Shown piece by piece: positions 27,035-41,200 of a stretch of DNA of 64,000 bases; the first letter of the stretch is position 1; every line of letters starts with the position of its first letter. The notes under the pieces are model-generated. The model worked only from the letters and a program-made list of their open reading frames with translations. It was not told the origin of the DNA and did not search any database. The position numbers and the translations under genes were made by a program. Origin of the DNA: Chiloscyllium plagiosum (taxonomy: Eukaryota); the NCBI RefSeq assembly GCF_004010195.1, contig NC_057752.1, positions 209,241 through 273,240 of the forward strand, given 5' to 3'.

Positions 27035-27945
27035 GAGTCATAGAGATGTGCAGCATAGAACCAGACCCTAGCCACAGAAACAGACCCTTTGGTCCAACTC
27101 GTCCATGCCGACCAGATATCCCAACCCAATCTAGTCCCACCTGCCAGCACCTGGCCCATATCCCTCCACACCCTTCCTGTTTATATAGCCATCCAGATGC
27201 TTTTTAAATGGTGCAATTGTACTAGCCTCTACCACTTCCTCTGGCAACTCATTGCATACACACACCACCCTCTGCGTGAAAAAGTTGCTCCTTAGGTCTC
27301 TTTTATATCTTTCCCCTCTCACCCTAAACCTATACCCTCTAGTCCTGGACTCCCCCATCCCAGGGAAGAGACTTTGTCTATTTATCCTATCCATGCCCCT
27401 CATGATTTTATAAACCTTTATAAGGTCACCCCTCAGCCTCCGACACTCCAGGGAAAACAGCCCCAACCTATTCAACCTCTCCCAATAGCTCAAATCCTCC
27501 AACCCTAGCAACATCTTTGTGAATCTTTTCTGAACCCTTTCACATTTCACAACATCCTTCCAATATGAAAGAGACCAGAATCGCACGCAATATTCCAACA
27601 GTGGCCTAACCAATGTCCTGTACAGCCGCAATATGACCTTCCAACTCCTGTATTCAATACTCTGACTAATAAAGGGAAGCATACCAAACCCCTTCTTCAC
27701 TATTCTATCTACCTGTGACTCTCCTTTCAAGGAGCTATGAACCTGCATTCCAAGGTCTCTTTGTTCAGCAACACTCGCTATGACCTTACCATTAAGTGTA
27801 TAAGTCCTGCTAAGATTTGCTTTCACAAAATGCAGCACCTTGCATTTATCTGAATGAAACTCCATCTGTCACTTCTCAGCCCATTGGCCCATCTGATCAG
27901 TTGTAATCTGAGGTAACCTTCTTCACTGTCCACTACACCTAGTGA
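27035..27945 (-). mobile_element. Young CR1 (HER1-like) 3' fragment inserted in the Gypsy RT
   Basis: 244-aa open ORF 27131-27865; atgactct tail. Confidence 0.92.
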
Positions 27946-30689
27946 AGCATAGCCTACACTTTCAGTGTAGTGTCGTGTAGTCCACTACTTGCCAGTAACC
28001 ACGCAATAAGTCCGATTTGGTGATGTTACTGGCTTGTCAACTTTCTCGATACAGTCCTCCAATCTCAGTATTGGATGTGAGTCCGATTTTGTAATGGTGT
28101 TGACCTTCCGATAATCCACGCAAAATCATTGAGTCCTGTCTGGTTTGGGAACTAAGACGACTGGCAAACTCCACTTGCTCTGGCTCAGTTTGATGATCTC
28201 CTAGTTAAGCATGACTTGCACCTCCTTCTGGACCTGACTTACTTTGAAAGGATTAAGCCGATAGGGGTGTTGTTTTATCAGAGCATTCCCTACGTCTACC
28301 TCATGTGCAGTAGCATTCGTCCTTCCCATCTGATTCCTATATGTATCCTCATACTGCAGTAACAAATGTTTCAATTGTGTTCTATGCTCCTGAGACGACA
28401 GGTAGTTTATTAACCTATCCCACTCCTCAAGGACTTCATTTTTAACATATTTTGAGACATATCAAAATCCACACCATCTGGATTTGATTCCTCACTGTGC
28501 AGGGCAGTAATCAACACCTGTTTGTCCAGTTCTTTTTCTCTAGTATAAGACAGTTTCATCATGTTCACATGACAAACCCGACACTGTTTTTTCCTAACTG
28601 GCATCTTTACTAGATAGTTCAACTGACTCAACTTGTTCTCCATTTGAGAGGGACCACTTACCCTGGCTTTGAAGGGATCTCCTATCACTGGTAACAGTAC
28701 TAACATGTTATCCCCTTGGGAAAATGTCCGAGTTTCGGAGCTTTTATTTGCCACCTGCTTCATTCTATACTGTGCCCTCGAGGCGCTGTTTAGCTAACTC
28801 ACCTACTCGATTTAATCTCTCCCTTGCCTACAATACATAATCTAAGTGTGAGATCTCCGACTTTGGTCCTGTCAGTTGCTCTTTAATTAATGTCAAGCCT
28901 CTCACTTCATGCCCGAATATTAACTCGAAGGGAGTAAACTGAGTAGATTCATTTGGGCCATCTCTAATGGGAAACAATACAAATGGGATATCTTTATCCC
29001 AATCATTTGGGTAATCCTGACTGTATGCTCTCAACGTGGTCTTCAAGGTCTGATACCATCTTTCTAAAGCTCACTGGGATTCCGAATGATATACACTATA
29101 TTTAAAGTGTTGTATACCTAAGCTACCCATAACCTCCTTAAACAGCCGAGCAGTAAAACTTGACCCTTGGTCCGACTGAATCTCTCTGGGTAGCCCATAC
29201 CACCCATTTGCCTTGATACTCCGTAATCGAATTGCCTCTGGAAATCTGGTAGACACATCCATTATGGTTGACAAGTACTGGTTCCCACTTTTAGTTCTCG
29301 GGAGGGGACCTACACTATCAATTATAACTTGTGAAAGGTTATTCAAATGTGGGAATTGACAACAAAGATGCTGGTTTTATTACCTCCTATGGCTGACCTA
29401 CCATTTAGTATGTATGACACATACTGCAAAAGTTAACCATATCCATGTGCATTCCAGGCCAATATGTATGGCTTTGTACCTTAGCCTGAGTCATTCATAC
29501 CCCTAGGTGACCTCCAGGTAGTTCATGTGCTACCCGTAACACTTCCTGTCTGTATGCTACCGGCAACGCAATCTTGTGCATTTCGGCCTATTTCTCCTCT
29601 GCACTAACCTGCTGTGGTCACCATTTCCGTCTTAGGATTCTGTCTTTCGGATAATAACCCTCAGGAATATCCTCTGCCTCCTTTTTGGGGTACGCATCCA
29701 TATATATATTTATGGATATATATATATATATCTTTTATTGTCTTGTCTTTCTGTTGCAAATCCCTTAGCTTTGACCCTCTGCCTGTTCAGGTTTTTCCTG
29801 CACCATTACGTCAAACAGGGTGTCCGCTAACTGAACCTCAACTCCTTCATCTTTCTCTTTAGTTTTTGCTTTGTGCTGTGACTTATGATAGTGGGATCTG
29901 GTTACTATATAGTTTGTGAAAATACCAGGATATTCCTGTCTTAACTCCTCAGTTTTTTGATCTTCCTTGTGTTTTCCACAACAAGGGGTGTCACTCCCAC
30001 CTTGGATCCTGCTAAATCATTCCCAAGAACAAACTGGATTCCTGGAACTGACACTCTGTCAATCACTCCCACTGTTATTTTCCCAGTCTTGAGTTGGCAC
30101 TCCAACCTGATCTTATATAGGGGAATGCTAAATTTCTGTCCATCTATCCCACAAATTACCACACTCAGCTAACAGATCAGAAAGATTGCAAATTTGCTTA
30201 TCTCTTACAATTAGAGACTTTTTAGATTCTGTATCTCTTAAAACTATAACTTCTTGTCCTTCTCCCCTTGTTCTTTGTGAGTAAACTTTACCCACAGAGA
30301 TGAATTCTTTATAGAAGTCCGGTACTAACGCCATACCCAGCCCCTGCCTCGGCTGTACACTCTCCTGTAGCTCCTCTGCTCTTCTTGGGTTTTCCTTTCC
30401 TACTTTCACTAATGCCACTGGCTTAGCTTTTTTAAACCACATCTTTTCTCACAGTGCCTTTCTTTAACTACCAGCGCAGTGACTTTACGTGCCCCACCTT
30501 CTGGCAGTGAAAACACCTTTTCCCAGTATCCTTCTGAAACCACTGGTACTGCAATTTTCTGTGTCCACTCCATTACAGTGAGAACACCTGAGGCCTTTCA
30601 TCTCCTTTCCAGCCTCTCGGGCTTCTTTAACCTGTGGTAAACACTTACCAATGTTCTCAACACTCTTTCACACTGTAGGATCTCCCCTT

Positions 30690-32060
30690 TTACACTATGG
30701 AGGGCTTGAGCAATGAGGCATTATGGGTAGTGCTGAGAAATAAGAAGAGTGCAGTTACATTGTTGGGGCTATACTACAGGCCTCCCAACCGTGAGCGTGA
30801 GGTAGAAGAACAAATAGGTAAGCAGATTATGGAAAGATGTAAAGGCAACAGGGTGGTGGTGATTTTAATTTTCCAACATTGACTTGGATAGACTTAGTGT
30901 CAGAGGTCTGTTTGGGGTAGAATTTTAAGGAGCATCCAGGAAAGTTTTCTAGAGCAGCATGCCAATAGTCCGACAAAGGAAGGGGCCATATTGAACCTGA
31001 TGTTGGGAATGAGCCAGCCATGTGGTAGAAGTTGCAGTGGGGGTTTTCTTTGGGAATAGTGACCACAATTCTGTAAGTTTTAGAATACTCATGGACAAAG
31101 ATGAGAGTGGTCCTAAGGGAAGAGTACTAAACTGGGCCAAGGCCAATTTTCTAGCAAAATTCAGCAGGATCTGGGAAATGTGGATGGGGAGCAGCTATTT
31201 GAAGAGAAGTCGACATTTGATATGTGGGAGGCTTTTAAAGATAGTGCAGGATAGGCATGTCCCTTTGAAAACAAGGAATAGGAAAGGCAAGATTTGTGAA
31301 CTGTGGATGACAGGAGAAATCATGTAACTAGCCAAGAGGGAAAGGGCAGCGTACATAAGATCCAGGTAGCTAAGAACAGAATGGGCTTTGGAGGAATTTT
31401 GGGAGAGTAGGACCAATCTTAAACGAGGAATCAAGCTGGTTAAAAGAGGTCATGAAATAACTAGCAAGCAGAATTAAGGAGAATCCAAAGGCATTTTATT
31501 CATCTAATAAGAAGCAATAGGGTAACAAGAGAAAGGATTGGTCCTCTAAAGGATAAGGAAAGAAGGTTGTGTGTCAAACCTGAGAAAATGGGTGAGATTA
31601 TCAGTGATTACTTTGCATCAGTGTTCACTGAGGAGAGGGACATGATGAATGTTGAGATTAGAGATACAAGTTTGTTTACTATGGATCACATTGACATAAG
31701 TACAGTCTCCATCAGCTTTCCCACCACTGACGTCAGGCTCACTGGTCTGTAGTTACCTGGATTCAATAACGAGAGCTCACGCATTCAAGGTGAGAGGTGA
31801 AAACTTTAAGGGGGATACACACTGAAAATACTTTACACAGAGGGTGATAGGTGCCTGGAATGTGTTGCCTGCCGAGGTAGTAGAGGCAGGCATGGTAGAT
31901 TCATTTAAGATGCGTCTGGACAGATGCATGAGGAGGTGGGGAGCAGAGGGATACAGATCTTTATGAATTGGACGATAGGTTCAGACAGTGGATTTGGATC
32001 GGCACAGGCTTGGAGGGCGGAAGGGCCTGTTCCTGGGTTATAAATTTTCTTTGTTCTTTG
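30690..32060 (+). mobile_element. CR1 LINE inserted in Gypsy gag, internally deleted, with a short inverted RT piece (~31700-31765)
   Basis: Endonuclease motifs LGLYYRPPN and GNSDHN, then an inverted NYRPVSLTSVV segment and a CR1 3' tail. Confidence 0.85.
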
Positions 32061-32477
32061 TTTTTCCCAACTTCTATCACTCACAGAACGAAATCCTGGC
32101 CGGAAGCTTGTCTTACGCACCAGCATGTATTCATCTGCTAATTCTGCTGCCCTTCTCACTTCCTGAACTTTCTGTTCATCCATGTGAATTCTTACCATCT
32201 CTGGAAGTGCGTTTTTAAACTCCTCCAGCAGAATAATCCCTCTTAGAACCTCATAGGTCATATCTATCTTTAAGACCCGCACCCATCTATCAAAATGACT
32301 GTGTTTAATTCTTTCGAACTTAACAAAAGTCTGACTTGGTTCCTCCTTTATGTTTTTGAACCGCTGTTTGTACACTTCTGGTACCAATTCATAAGCACTT
32401 AAAATAGCCTGTTTGACCTTTTCATAATCTCTTAACCCCTCATCTGACAGTGCGGCAAATACCTCACGAGCTCTGTT

Positions 32478-32797
32478 TTTTTAGATTACAATTAGATTAG
32501 ATAACTTAGTGTGGAAACAGGCCCTTCGGCCCAACAAGTCCACACTGACTTGCCAAAGCGCAACCCACCCATACATTTACCCCTTCACCTAACACTACGG
32601 GCAATTTAGCATGGCCAATTCACCTAACTTGCATATCTTTGGACTGTGGGAGGAAACCGGAGCACCCGGAGGAAACCCACGCAGACACAGGGAGAATATG
32701 TAAACTCCACACAGTCAGTTGCCTGAGGCGGGAAATGAACCCGGGTCTCTGGCGCTGTGAGGCAGCAGTGCTAACCACTGTGCCACTGTGCCGCCCA
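32478..32797 (-). mobile_element. Full-length HE1/V-SINE
   Basis: Head GGGCGGCACAGTGGCACAGTGGTTAGCACTGCTGCCTCACAG, V-domain and (TCTAA)n tail. Confidence 0.93.
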
Positions 32798-35700
32798 CTA
32801 GCATTACCCATAAATTCTCGGACCACTCCATCTGCCTAGCCAGTTTTTCAAATTAAATAAAGAAGGCTTCAACATCTTCTCTCAAAATGTGGCAGAGTTT
32901 TGACATACTTGTACATATCACTACCTTCTGTTTTAATCTCCATCCTGTTAACTTGACTTTGATGACGTAAGTTGCAACTTATCAAGTTCAAATTCTCTCT
33001 CTTTTTGCTCAGCTAAGAACCATCTCTCTCTTTCTTTTTCCTCTCTCTCTTTCTCTCTCCCTTTCTTCTCTCTTTGCTCAGCAAAGAACCTTCTCTGTCT
33101 CTCTCTCTATCCTTTTTTCCCTCTCTCTCTCTCTCCTCTCTCTTTCTTCTCTCTCCCTTTGTTTATCTTCTAACTCCATTTTCCTCAATTGTAATTTAAG
33201 ATTTTTTACCTCGACTGCGCTTGTCTGTTTCTCTGACACACCTAAGTGTTTGAGTAACTCCCTTACAATTTCAGCTTTACTTCTGTCCTTAGTTAAACCC
33301 AAATCTAACTTATTTGCTAACTCTAAAAGTATGACCTTTCTTTCCTTCTAAACGTTCTTGACAAATTTGAGAATCATCTTTAAACCCCAGAACCTCTTTT
33401 AAGAGCCATTTCTCTCACTTTTAATTGAACCAACTACAAGTCACTGAAATTAAACAAATTGTCTCACCTACGTTTTACTTAAAGATCTAGGACACTAACC
33501 TGCAAGTGTTTAAACCTACTGGGCTTTATTGTACCCCAAATCTATTCAAATCTCAGACTGGATCTGTCTAAACCTGTTCAAATGGTGGACAAAAGCCCTG
33601 AAACTGTTATGACATGGGGTAAACCCCTCTGCCTATTTAAACCCAACACACAGAGAAGCTTACCTCGCGCCGTAACCTGTTGAAATTCGAGAGGCAAAGA
33701 ACTGTCCCAGAAGTCACGATTTAAAGTAAAAATTAACAACTTTATTCTTTAAGTCCAACAGAGAATATTAAAACCAGCAACTATTTATAACTCCTTTCTC
33801 TTAAACCTATCTTTTACTTTTAACCTACAATACTGGTCCGATTTTTAAAAAAATCCCTAGTAAGATTTACAAAAAAAATCACGTTTCAAAAAAACCAGTC
33901 AGCTTTGTAGATTTTCCTCTGTAGATTTTCTCTGTCAGTTTCAATGTTCTGCTGCACAAACTTCTTATAGATAGGTACCTTTCAGAGAGTTCTTCAGCAA
34001 GCAGTCTATATTTGTGGATGTCCTTGTCAGTTCTTTTTTTAATGGTTCAAAATGTCTGGTTTTATCCCCAAAACATTGTACTGTTTCATTGATTTTAATA
34101 TTATCAAAATACTAAATTCAAATTTGATTGGAGTTTGGTATCTCGGGGCATAATTTAAATTGATTTGTCGAACTTGACTTTGTTTTTGTTTCATGGCAAC
34201 TCATCTGCAGCTATTTGTTTCGACCAAGTGTTACTTTTTTACATTGTTCAGGACTCTCTGTGCTTTGTCAGTCCTTGCTAGCTTTTCAACTCTCTTAAAG
34301 GTACATGCACACCTACATCTTCATAACACTCCAATGAGAAAAGCCCTATAGCTCCCTCAACCACTCTTCATGAGACATGCTTCCAATCCAGACAGCATCC
34401 TGGTAAATCCCCTCTGTACCCTCTCTAAAGCTTCCACATCTTTCCTATAATGAGGCAACCAGAACTGAACACAATATTCCAAGTGTGGTCTAACTAGGGC
34501 TCTAGAGACCTGCAGCATAACCTTGTGGCTCTGAAACTCAATCCCCCTGCTAATGAAAGTCAACAGACCTTACGCCTTCTTAACAACTCTATCAACTTGA
34601 GTGGCAACTTTGAGGGATTTATGGACATGGACCCCAAGCTCCCTCTCTTCCTCTACAATGCCAAGAATCCTGCCTTTACCCCTGTATTCTGACCTTCCAA
34701 AGTGAATCACTTCACACTTTTCCAGGTGAAATTCCACCTGCCATTTATCAGTCCACTTCTGCATCCTGTTAATGTCCCGTTGCAATCTACAACAGCCCTC
34801 CACACTATCCACCACTCCACCAACCTTCACGTCATCGGCAAACTTACTAAACCACCCTTCCACTTCCTCATCCAAGATGTTTATAAAAATCACAAATAGC
34901 AGAGATGCCAGAACCGATCCCTACAGAACACCGCTGGTCACCAAGCTCCAGGTTGAATACTTTCCATCTACTAACACCCTCTGTCTACTGTGGGCCAGCC
35001 AATTCTGTATCCAGACAGCCAGATTTCCCTGGATCCCATGCCTCCTTACTTTCTGAATGAGCCTACGATGGGGAACCTTATCAAATGCCATGCAAAAATC
35101 CATGTACACCACATCCACTGTTCTACCTTCATCAATATGTTTTGTCACATCCTCAAAGAATTCAATAAGGTTTGTGAGGCATGATCTGTCCCTCTCAAAG
35201 CCATGCTATCTCTAATCAAATTATGGTTTTCCAAGAGGGAATAACATTTGCCACCTGCCAAACATCTGGCATTACTCCAGCAGACAGGAGGCAAAGATCA
35301 TCGCCAAAGGCGCAGCAATCTCTGTAGTAACCAAGGGTATATCCTGTCTGGCCCAGGGGATTTATCTATCCTCATGTTTTTCAAAATCTTCAGCACATTC
35401 TCTTCCTTAAAATCAACCTGTTCGAGCATATCAGTCTGTTTCAAGCTGTCCTCAGAAACTTCAAGGTCCATCTCAGTAGCGAATATTCTTCTGACTCCAG
35501 GCGCAAGTTCCCTCCACTATGCCTGATCGGCCCTACCCTCACTCTGACGATCTTCTTGTTCCTCACATGCCTTAGGATTTTCCTTAATCCTGCCCACTAT
35601 GGCCCCCTTCTAGCTCTCAAGTCCATTCATCAGTTCCTTCCTGGCTACCTTGCAATCCATTTGAGCCCTGTCTGATCCTTGTCTCATCAACCTTAACTCG

Positions 35701-37719
35701 GTTTCCTTCCTCCTCTTGACTAGATGTCCCAGGTCCCTTGTCACCCAAAGTTCTTTCAACTTACGATCCCTTCTCTGCCTCAGTGGGACAAATCTGTTCA
35801 GCCCTATCAGCAAGTGCTTACTAAACAATCTCCACATTTCTGTTGTGCATTTTCCTGAGAACTTCTGTTTTCAATTTCAGCGCCCCAGTTTCTGCCTCAT
35901 AGCATTATAATTTCCCCTCCCCCAATTAAATACTTTCCATACTGTCTGCTCCTATCTCTCTCCATGACTATAGTAAAGGCCAGGGAGTTGCGATCATTAT
36001 CACTGAAATACTCTTCCACTGAGAGATCTGACACCAGGCCTGGTTCATTGCCAAGCACCAAATCCAATATGGCCTTCCCCATCTACATATTGAGTCAGGA
36101 ACACACATGACAAAAACTGGACACACATGACAAAAACTGTTCCATTCAAACTCTTTGAACTAAGAAGGTTCCAATCAATATTAGGGAAGTTAACAACTGT
36201 TCCAAAATCTTCCTCCCAATCTGCTCCTCCATGTCTCTGTTGCTATTGGGGAATCTATAGAAAACTCCCAATAAAGTAACTGCTCCTTTCCTGTTTGACT
36301 TCCACCCATACTGACTCTGTAGACAACCCCTCAATGACCACCTCCCTTTCTGCAGCTGTGATTCTATCCCTGATTAGTAATGCCACTCCTCCACCTATTT
36401 AACCTCCCCCACCACTCTTTTGAAACATTCCTTTTGAGTTAGTGGAGAGGGAAATGAAACAGTGACTTCAATCTTGCTAACATTTAATTGGAGGAACGTC
36501 TCCTCATCCAGTATTGCACAGGTTAGATAGTAAAGTCCCTTCATGATTTCCTTGTCCACTGCCCCCTGGACAGGTACAACCCTGCATTAGAGTAAAGATC
36601 CCTGTTGTTTTGTTGATCAAGTATGTGAAATAAAACAGCTGAAGAAACATGCTCTCCAGTTGACCATTCTGATGTATAATGTCTCAATTCACATGTGAAA
36701 AATGGGCACTGGGTTAGATGCCAGAGAGACCGCTCACAGAAAATGAACTTGAGATGCAGCCCCCAAAGTTTTAGTTGCAGCCTCAACAAAATCTCAATTG
36801 AGAAGTATAACTTCAGTACTGATTTTATCACTGGATTTGATGGCAGTGTCTTTCCAAGGAATTTCTGGGCTGCTTTGGGTGTATTTATGTTGTGAGGAGG
36901 AATGTGTTTTAAAGCACAAAAGCTACATTAAATACGTGAGATGCTCATTTAAAGCAACTGCAACTCATTCTGGCTGCCATTCTGTGTAAGCGACTCTGGC
37001 ATTTATTCTTGGGCCCGCAGCACTCCCTGGTGGAACCTAATATAATATCACTCTGAAGACTTGACAATAATTTACACTGTAATTCAAGTTGCACAGGAAC
37101 AAGCAGGTGCTATAGAACTGAGTAATGTCTAATCAAATATAGGGTGGGAAAAAGAAGCATTGCAAGGATTTATTGTGAGATGCATCTACTCCCACAAGTT
37201 AAAGAGACTACCCTTTATTTATTTAGTGTGTGCATAGTCACAGAGTTGAACAATAGCCTCATCAGTAGCTAGATGGCATTGTTTAGATCTACCTTTAAAT
37301 TTAGTCAGTGGACACTCTACAACAATGAGAGTCATTGTTTGGTCTGTACCATAACTGCAGCCTGGATAATCTTGGCAACCCCACTGAAAGGTGGCTACTC
37401 AAAGTCTTTGGCCACTCTGGAATCAGTTTAACAGGGTCCATTGATGCTGTGGAAAATCAAGGCAGGTGGTTAAGTTGCCTCAACTACAATAAGAGAGTGG
37501 TTTCTGATAGATATTTTCTATCGCTAAACTTTCTACCATTGGTCCTCAGCTATTACTCCTTGGTGCAGTGGGTTTAACTGTATAGGATGGTGTGAGGGAA
37601 GGCATAGTATTGGTGAATTGAGGTAGTCATTGAATAAGGGTAGACTTGCGTTAGCACAGGCTTTCTCCTGCATATTTATTTCAATCACCCTTCTGGTCTG
37701 GGGAGGTGGCAATTTTACT

Positions 37720-38095
37720 CACAATTCTGTATGCAGTATTCTAAAAATGGCCTCACCAATATCCTGAACAGCCGCAACGAGACATCCCAATTCCTATACT
37801 CCATGCACAGACCAATTGAGGCAAGTGTGCATAACGCCGCCTTGACCATCCTGTCTTCCTTCGACTCCACTTTCAAGGAATTTTGCACCTGCACCCTCGG
37901 TCTCTTTGGCAACATTCCCCAGGGCCCTACCAGTAAGTGTATAAGTCCTGCCCTGGTTTGCCTTACCAAAATGCAACACCCCACATTTATCTAAATTAAA
38001 CTCAGTCTGCTACTCCTTAGCCCATCAGTCCAACTGATCAAGGTCCTATTGTACTCTGAGGTAACCCTCTTCACTGTTCACTACACCACCAAGTT
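37720..38095 (-). mobile_element. CR1 fragment
   Basis: LHFGKANQGRTYTL and LVRPFLEYCIQ. Confidence 0.85.
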
Positions 38096-39041
38096 TGGCC
38101 CATTTCCTCTCCCACCCCACCTCTCTGAATGAGGGTGTTGTAGGAATTTGCAAGTCTTCCCCCTGAAGACATGGGAGCAGAAGTAGGCCCATTGAGCAGC
38201 AGCAGCAGTGCCCACCTTGATTATCTTTGTCCATCTCCCAAGGTGGTGAAGTGTTCAGAACATGTTCCAAATTTCTGGTGCCTAGGAAAGAATCACCACT
38301 TGCTCTGGATTTTCTTCATATGAGAATGGCACCTCTGGTGGGGATGGAATCAATAAAGCAGATTGTTGGCTGCCTAAATGGCATTTGCAGATATGTGGCT
38401 TGGCATTAATGGCCTCTAGACTGCTTTGAGGCGGTGGTGGACTCTCCAACCGTCCCAACTTGAGGGGGTGAAGTCAGATTCTTCGTCTTCCCTCATCTGG
38501 TGCGGTGAACATAATCCAGAAATTTAGTCAGATAGTCTGTGTCGCCTGGAGGACTCATTATTGGAGTAAAGAGGTAGACTCCTCATGCACAAGACATCAC
38601 TGTTGAGTTGTTCTGCTGGATCTGCAGAAATGACTATTCCAGCAGTAATGGGATATTTTGGGATGATGTTGTAAGTTTGTAAATGTAATTATTTCTTTGA
38701 GTAACAGAACTTTTCATAAGCACAAAATTTGCAAAAGGTTTTGTAACCAAGCAGTGGTGGGGAAGTGTTGGAGCAGCTGAGCATGGAAAGGGTCAAATGT
38801 ATTGTTTTTGGGAGACTTTAAAGTCTGGTTGTACTTTTGATTTACTAGGATTAAGGTTAGGTTAGTGTTCTGACATGGAGACAGACAGCCAAACCAGATG
38901 GACCTTTCTACCTCTTTATTTGCAATACAGTAAAATTAAAAACAAAATTGATATAAATAATGAAACATCAGTAAGGATCTTAATACTGCTAGATTTCAGG
39001 GTTTTTTTCAATCTACCTAAGTTGTTTTGGTTTATATGCAG

Positions 39042-39189
39042 GTTCAACACAGAACTAGTTTATAGCCAAGTCTTGTGGAGGAATATCTTCTGTCTGCTCT
39101 TCTGCTGCTTTCCCATTCAAAATGTAAGCCAGTTTCCAGAAGATTCCAAACTTGCAGTCCCACCAAAGGAAAGTAGAGTTGTCTCCAAG
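39042..39189 (+). pseudogene. CTDSP2: CTDSP2-like pseudogene, exon 2 equivalent
   Basis: Acceptor tatatgcag, donor aag/gcaagt (GC). Reads ...KSCG(frameshift)RNIFCLLFCCFPIQNVSQ...KESRVVSK versus human KPRGRNIFKALFCCFRAQHVGQ...KEEANTIAK. 148 nt versus 149 expected from the human protein, plus an early in-frame TAG. Confidence 0.8.
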
Positions 39190-39279
39190 GCAAGTGCACC
39201 TTGCTCCTTTTTATGGTCGGTCTCCATCATTCTTGCTCTTCCTGTCCTCCACCAGATTCCTCCCCTGCCCCCTCCTTAG

Positions 39280-39445
39280 GGTCAGCTATGGCTCAGTCGG
39301 TTGCTCTCTTGTCTGAGTCATAGGTTCTGGTTTTGAATCCTACTCCAGGACTCAAGCACAAAAATCAAGGCTGATATCGTGATATACTGAGGGAGTGCTG
39401 CACTGTTGGTAATGTAGCTTCTGAGATGTTAAACCAAGGTGCCGA
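39280..39445 (+). mobile_element. DeuSINE-like (SacSINE1-like) 5' fragment; related 3' remnants at 20630-20750 and 55170-55335
   Basis: tRNA-like head followed by tactgagggagtgctgcactgt, a recalled DeuSINE motif. Confidence 0.55.
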
Positions 39446-39959
39446 CTCTGGCTTTGTGAACACTCGTCACTCAGTTAAGTGGCAAGTTATCCTCCCAGGG
39501 GAGGAAAAGATGGTTGAGCCTTATCTTCTACTGTCCCAATAGAGATTCACTTACTCTGTACAGATTGGGACTTGAGCCTGGAACTTTCTAGGTTTATAGA
39601 AAGTTGCAGCATGAAGAGAGTCCATTCATCTCAGTAAGACTGCCCCAGCTCTTTGCTCAAGCCATCCAAACCTAATGCTACAGTTCTGCTCTCTCCACAC
39701 AACCCTATACTAATGAATTTTTGTTCACACTGTCTCTCCATTCTGATATCTTTCTTGGCTGTAAATAGCTATCTAGCTTTTCATTCGAGATTCAATGGTT
39801 TCAGCATCAACCAGTTTTAAAAAAAATACTTGTCCATAGGTTGTGGGCTGGCTAGGCCAACATTTATTGCCTATCCTGAATGGCCCTTAAAGTTGGTGAT
39901 TAGCTGCCGCCTTGAACTGTTAAAAGTCCGTGAAGGATAGATGCACTGTCTGTGACAAG

Positions 39960-41200
39960 GCAATTATACTCCAAAAATCCTCTGTTTGAAACATTTAAGT
40001 AGAGAAAGATTGCAGAATTTGGCTGTACAGAGAGATTTGGGTGTTCTTTTACATGAATCTCAAAGTTAGTTTGTGGGTGCAGCAAATGATTAGGAAGGCA
40101 AATGTAATATTGGCATGTTTTGTGGGGCAACAAGACTATAAAAGCACCAATGTTAAAGATGATGTGAAACTTGAAAGGGTTCAGAAAAGATTTACAAGGA
40201 AGTTGCCAGGGTTGGAGGATTTGAACTATAGGGAGAGGCTGAACAGGCTGGGGCTGTTTTCCCTGGAGCGTCGGAGGCTGAGGGGTGACCTTATAGTGGT
40301 TTACAAATTTATGAGTAGCATGGATAGAGTAAATAGGCAAAGTCTTTTCCCTGGGGTCGGGGTGTCCAGAACTAGAGGGCATAGGTTTCGGGTGAGAGGG
40401 GAAAGATATAAAAGAGACTTAGGGGAAACTTTTTCATGCAGAGGGTGGTACGCATATGGAATGAGCTGCCAGAGGAAGTGGTGGAGGCTGGTATAATTGC
40501 AACATTTAAGAAGCATTTGGATGGGTATATGAATAGGAAGGGTTTGGAGGGATATGGGCCGGGTGCTGGCGGGTGGGACTAGATTGGGTTAGGATATCTG
40601 GTCGGCATGGACGAGTTGGACCGAAGGGTCTGTTTCCATGCTGTACATCTCTATGACTCTATAGTTGTACAATATATTGGTAAGGCTACATCTAAAATGC
40701 TTCGGTTTCCTCCCACAGTCCAAAGATGTGCAGGTCAGGTGAATTGGCCATGCTAAACTGCCAATAGTGTTAGGTGCATTAGTCAGAGGGAAATGGGTCT
40801 GGGTGGGTTACTCTTTGGAGGGTCAGTGTGGACTGGTTGGGCCGAAGGGCCTGTTTCCACACTGTAGGGAATCTAATCTAATCTAAAATAGTGTATGCAG
40901 TTTTGGGGTCTCAACTTCTATTCACTGCTTTTAAACAAAAACAGGTTTATTCAACTTCATCCTGGAATGATGGGCTTATTTTATGAATAAATGTTGGTTT
41001 TTGGAATTTAGAAAAATGAAATGCATTTATCGAAATAAGGTCCTGAGGGAACTGAATTGGGTAGATGCCAGGAAAATGATTCCTCTTGTGGAGGAGACTA
41101 GAAATAGGGGCAATAATTTTAAAATAGGTGGCCTCCTTTTTATGATAGAGATGTAGAGATTTTTTTCTGCAGGTTGTTAGTGAGTGGAAAGCAACAGTCA
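39960..41200 (+). mobile_element. Old CR1 containing a young CR1 3' end (40150-40660) and an HE1 fragment (40700-40885)
   Basis: ORF 40041-40496 LERVQKRFTRKLPGL...; gactcta tail; (TCTAA)n SINE tail. Confidence 0.85.

Larger units (their letters stand above)
25184..34328 (-). mobile_element. Gmr1-type Ty3/Gypsy LTR retrotransposon, near full length, decayed
   Basis: LTRs 25184-25905 and 33605-34328 (TGTTATGA...CATAACA). TSD ctaca/ctcca. PPT (cctccccttt on +) at 25906-25915. Minus-strand order: gag (SCAN-like, zinc knuckles), protease (LRDT), integrase (IDSVGPLP...MDVSTRFPEAI), RT (VMPFGMKNAP, YLDD), RNase H (VYTDHKPL). Confidence 0.93.
24800..36430 (-). mobile_element. CR1 LINE (24800-25183 and 34329-36430) split by a Gypsy insertion
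   Basis: 3' tail at 24800. ORF2 remnants resume at 34329 (LEYCVQFW, FADDVKVGG, ILDLVLGNEPG). Confidence 0.88.

Noticed and set aside
32720..32797. tRNA gene (also 60890-60966 and 3355-3425)
   Set aside because: These are tRNA-derived SINE heads, not stand-alone cloverleaf genes.
32995..33165. Stand-alone (CT)n microsatellite or novel ER-rich protein
   Set aside because: It is the low-complexity coiled-coil part of the Gypsy gag.
38875..39279. 134-aa ORF as an independent gene
   Set aside because: It is the CTDSP2 pseudo-exon 2 frame extended into intron sequence.
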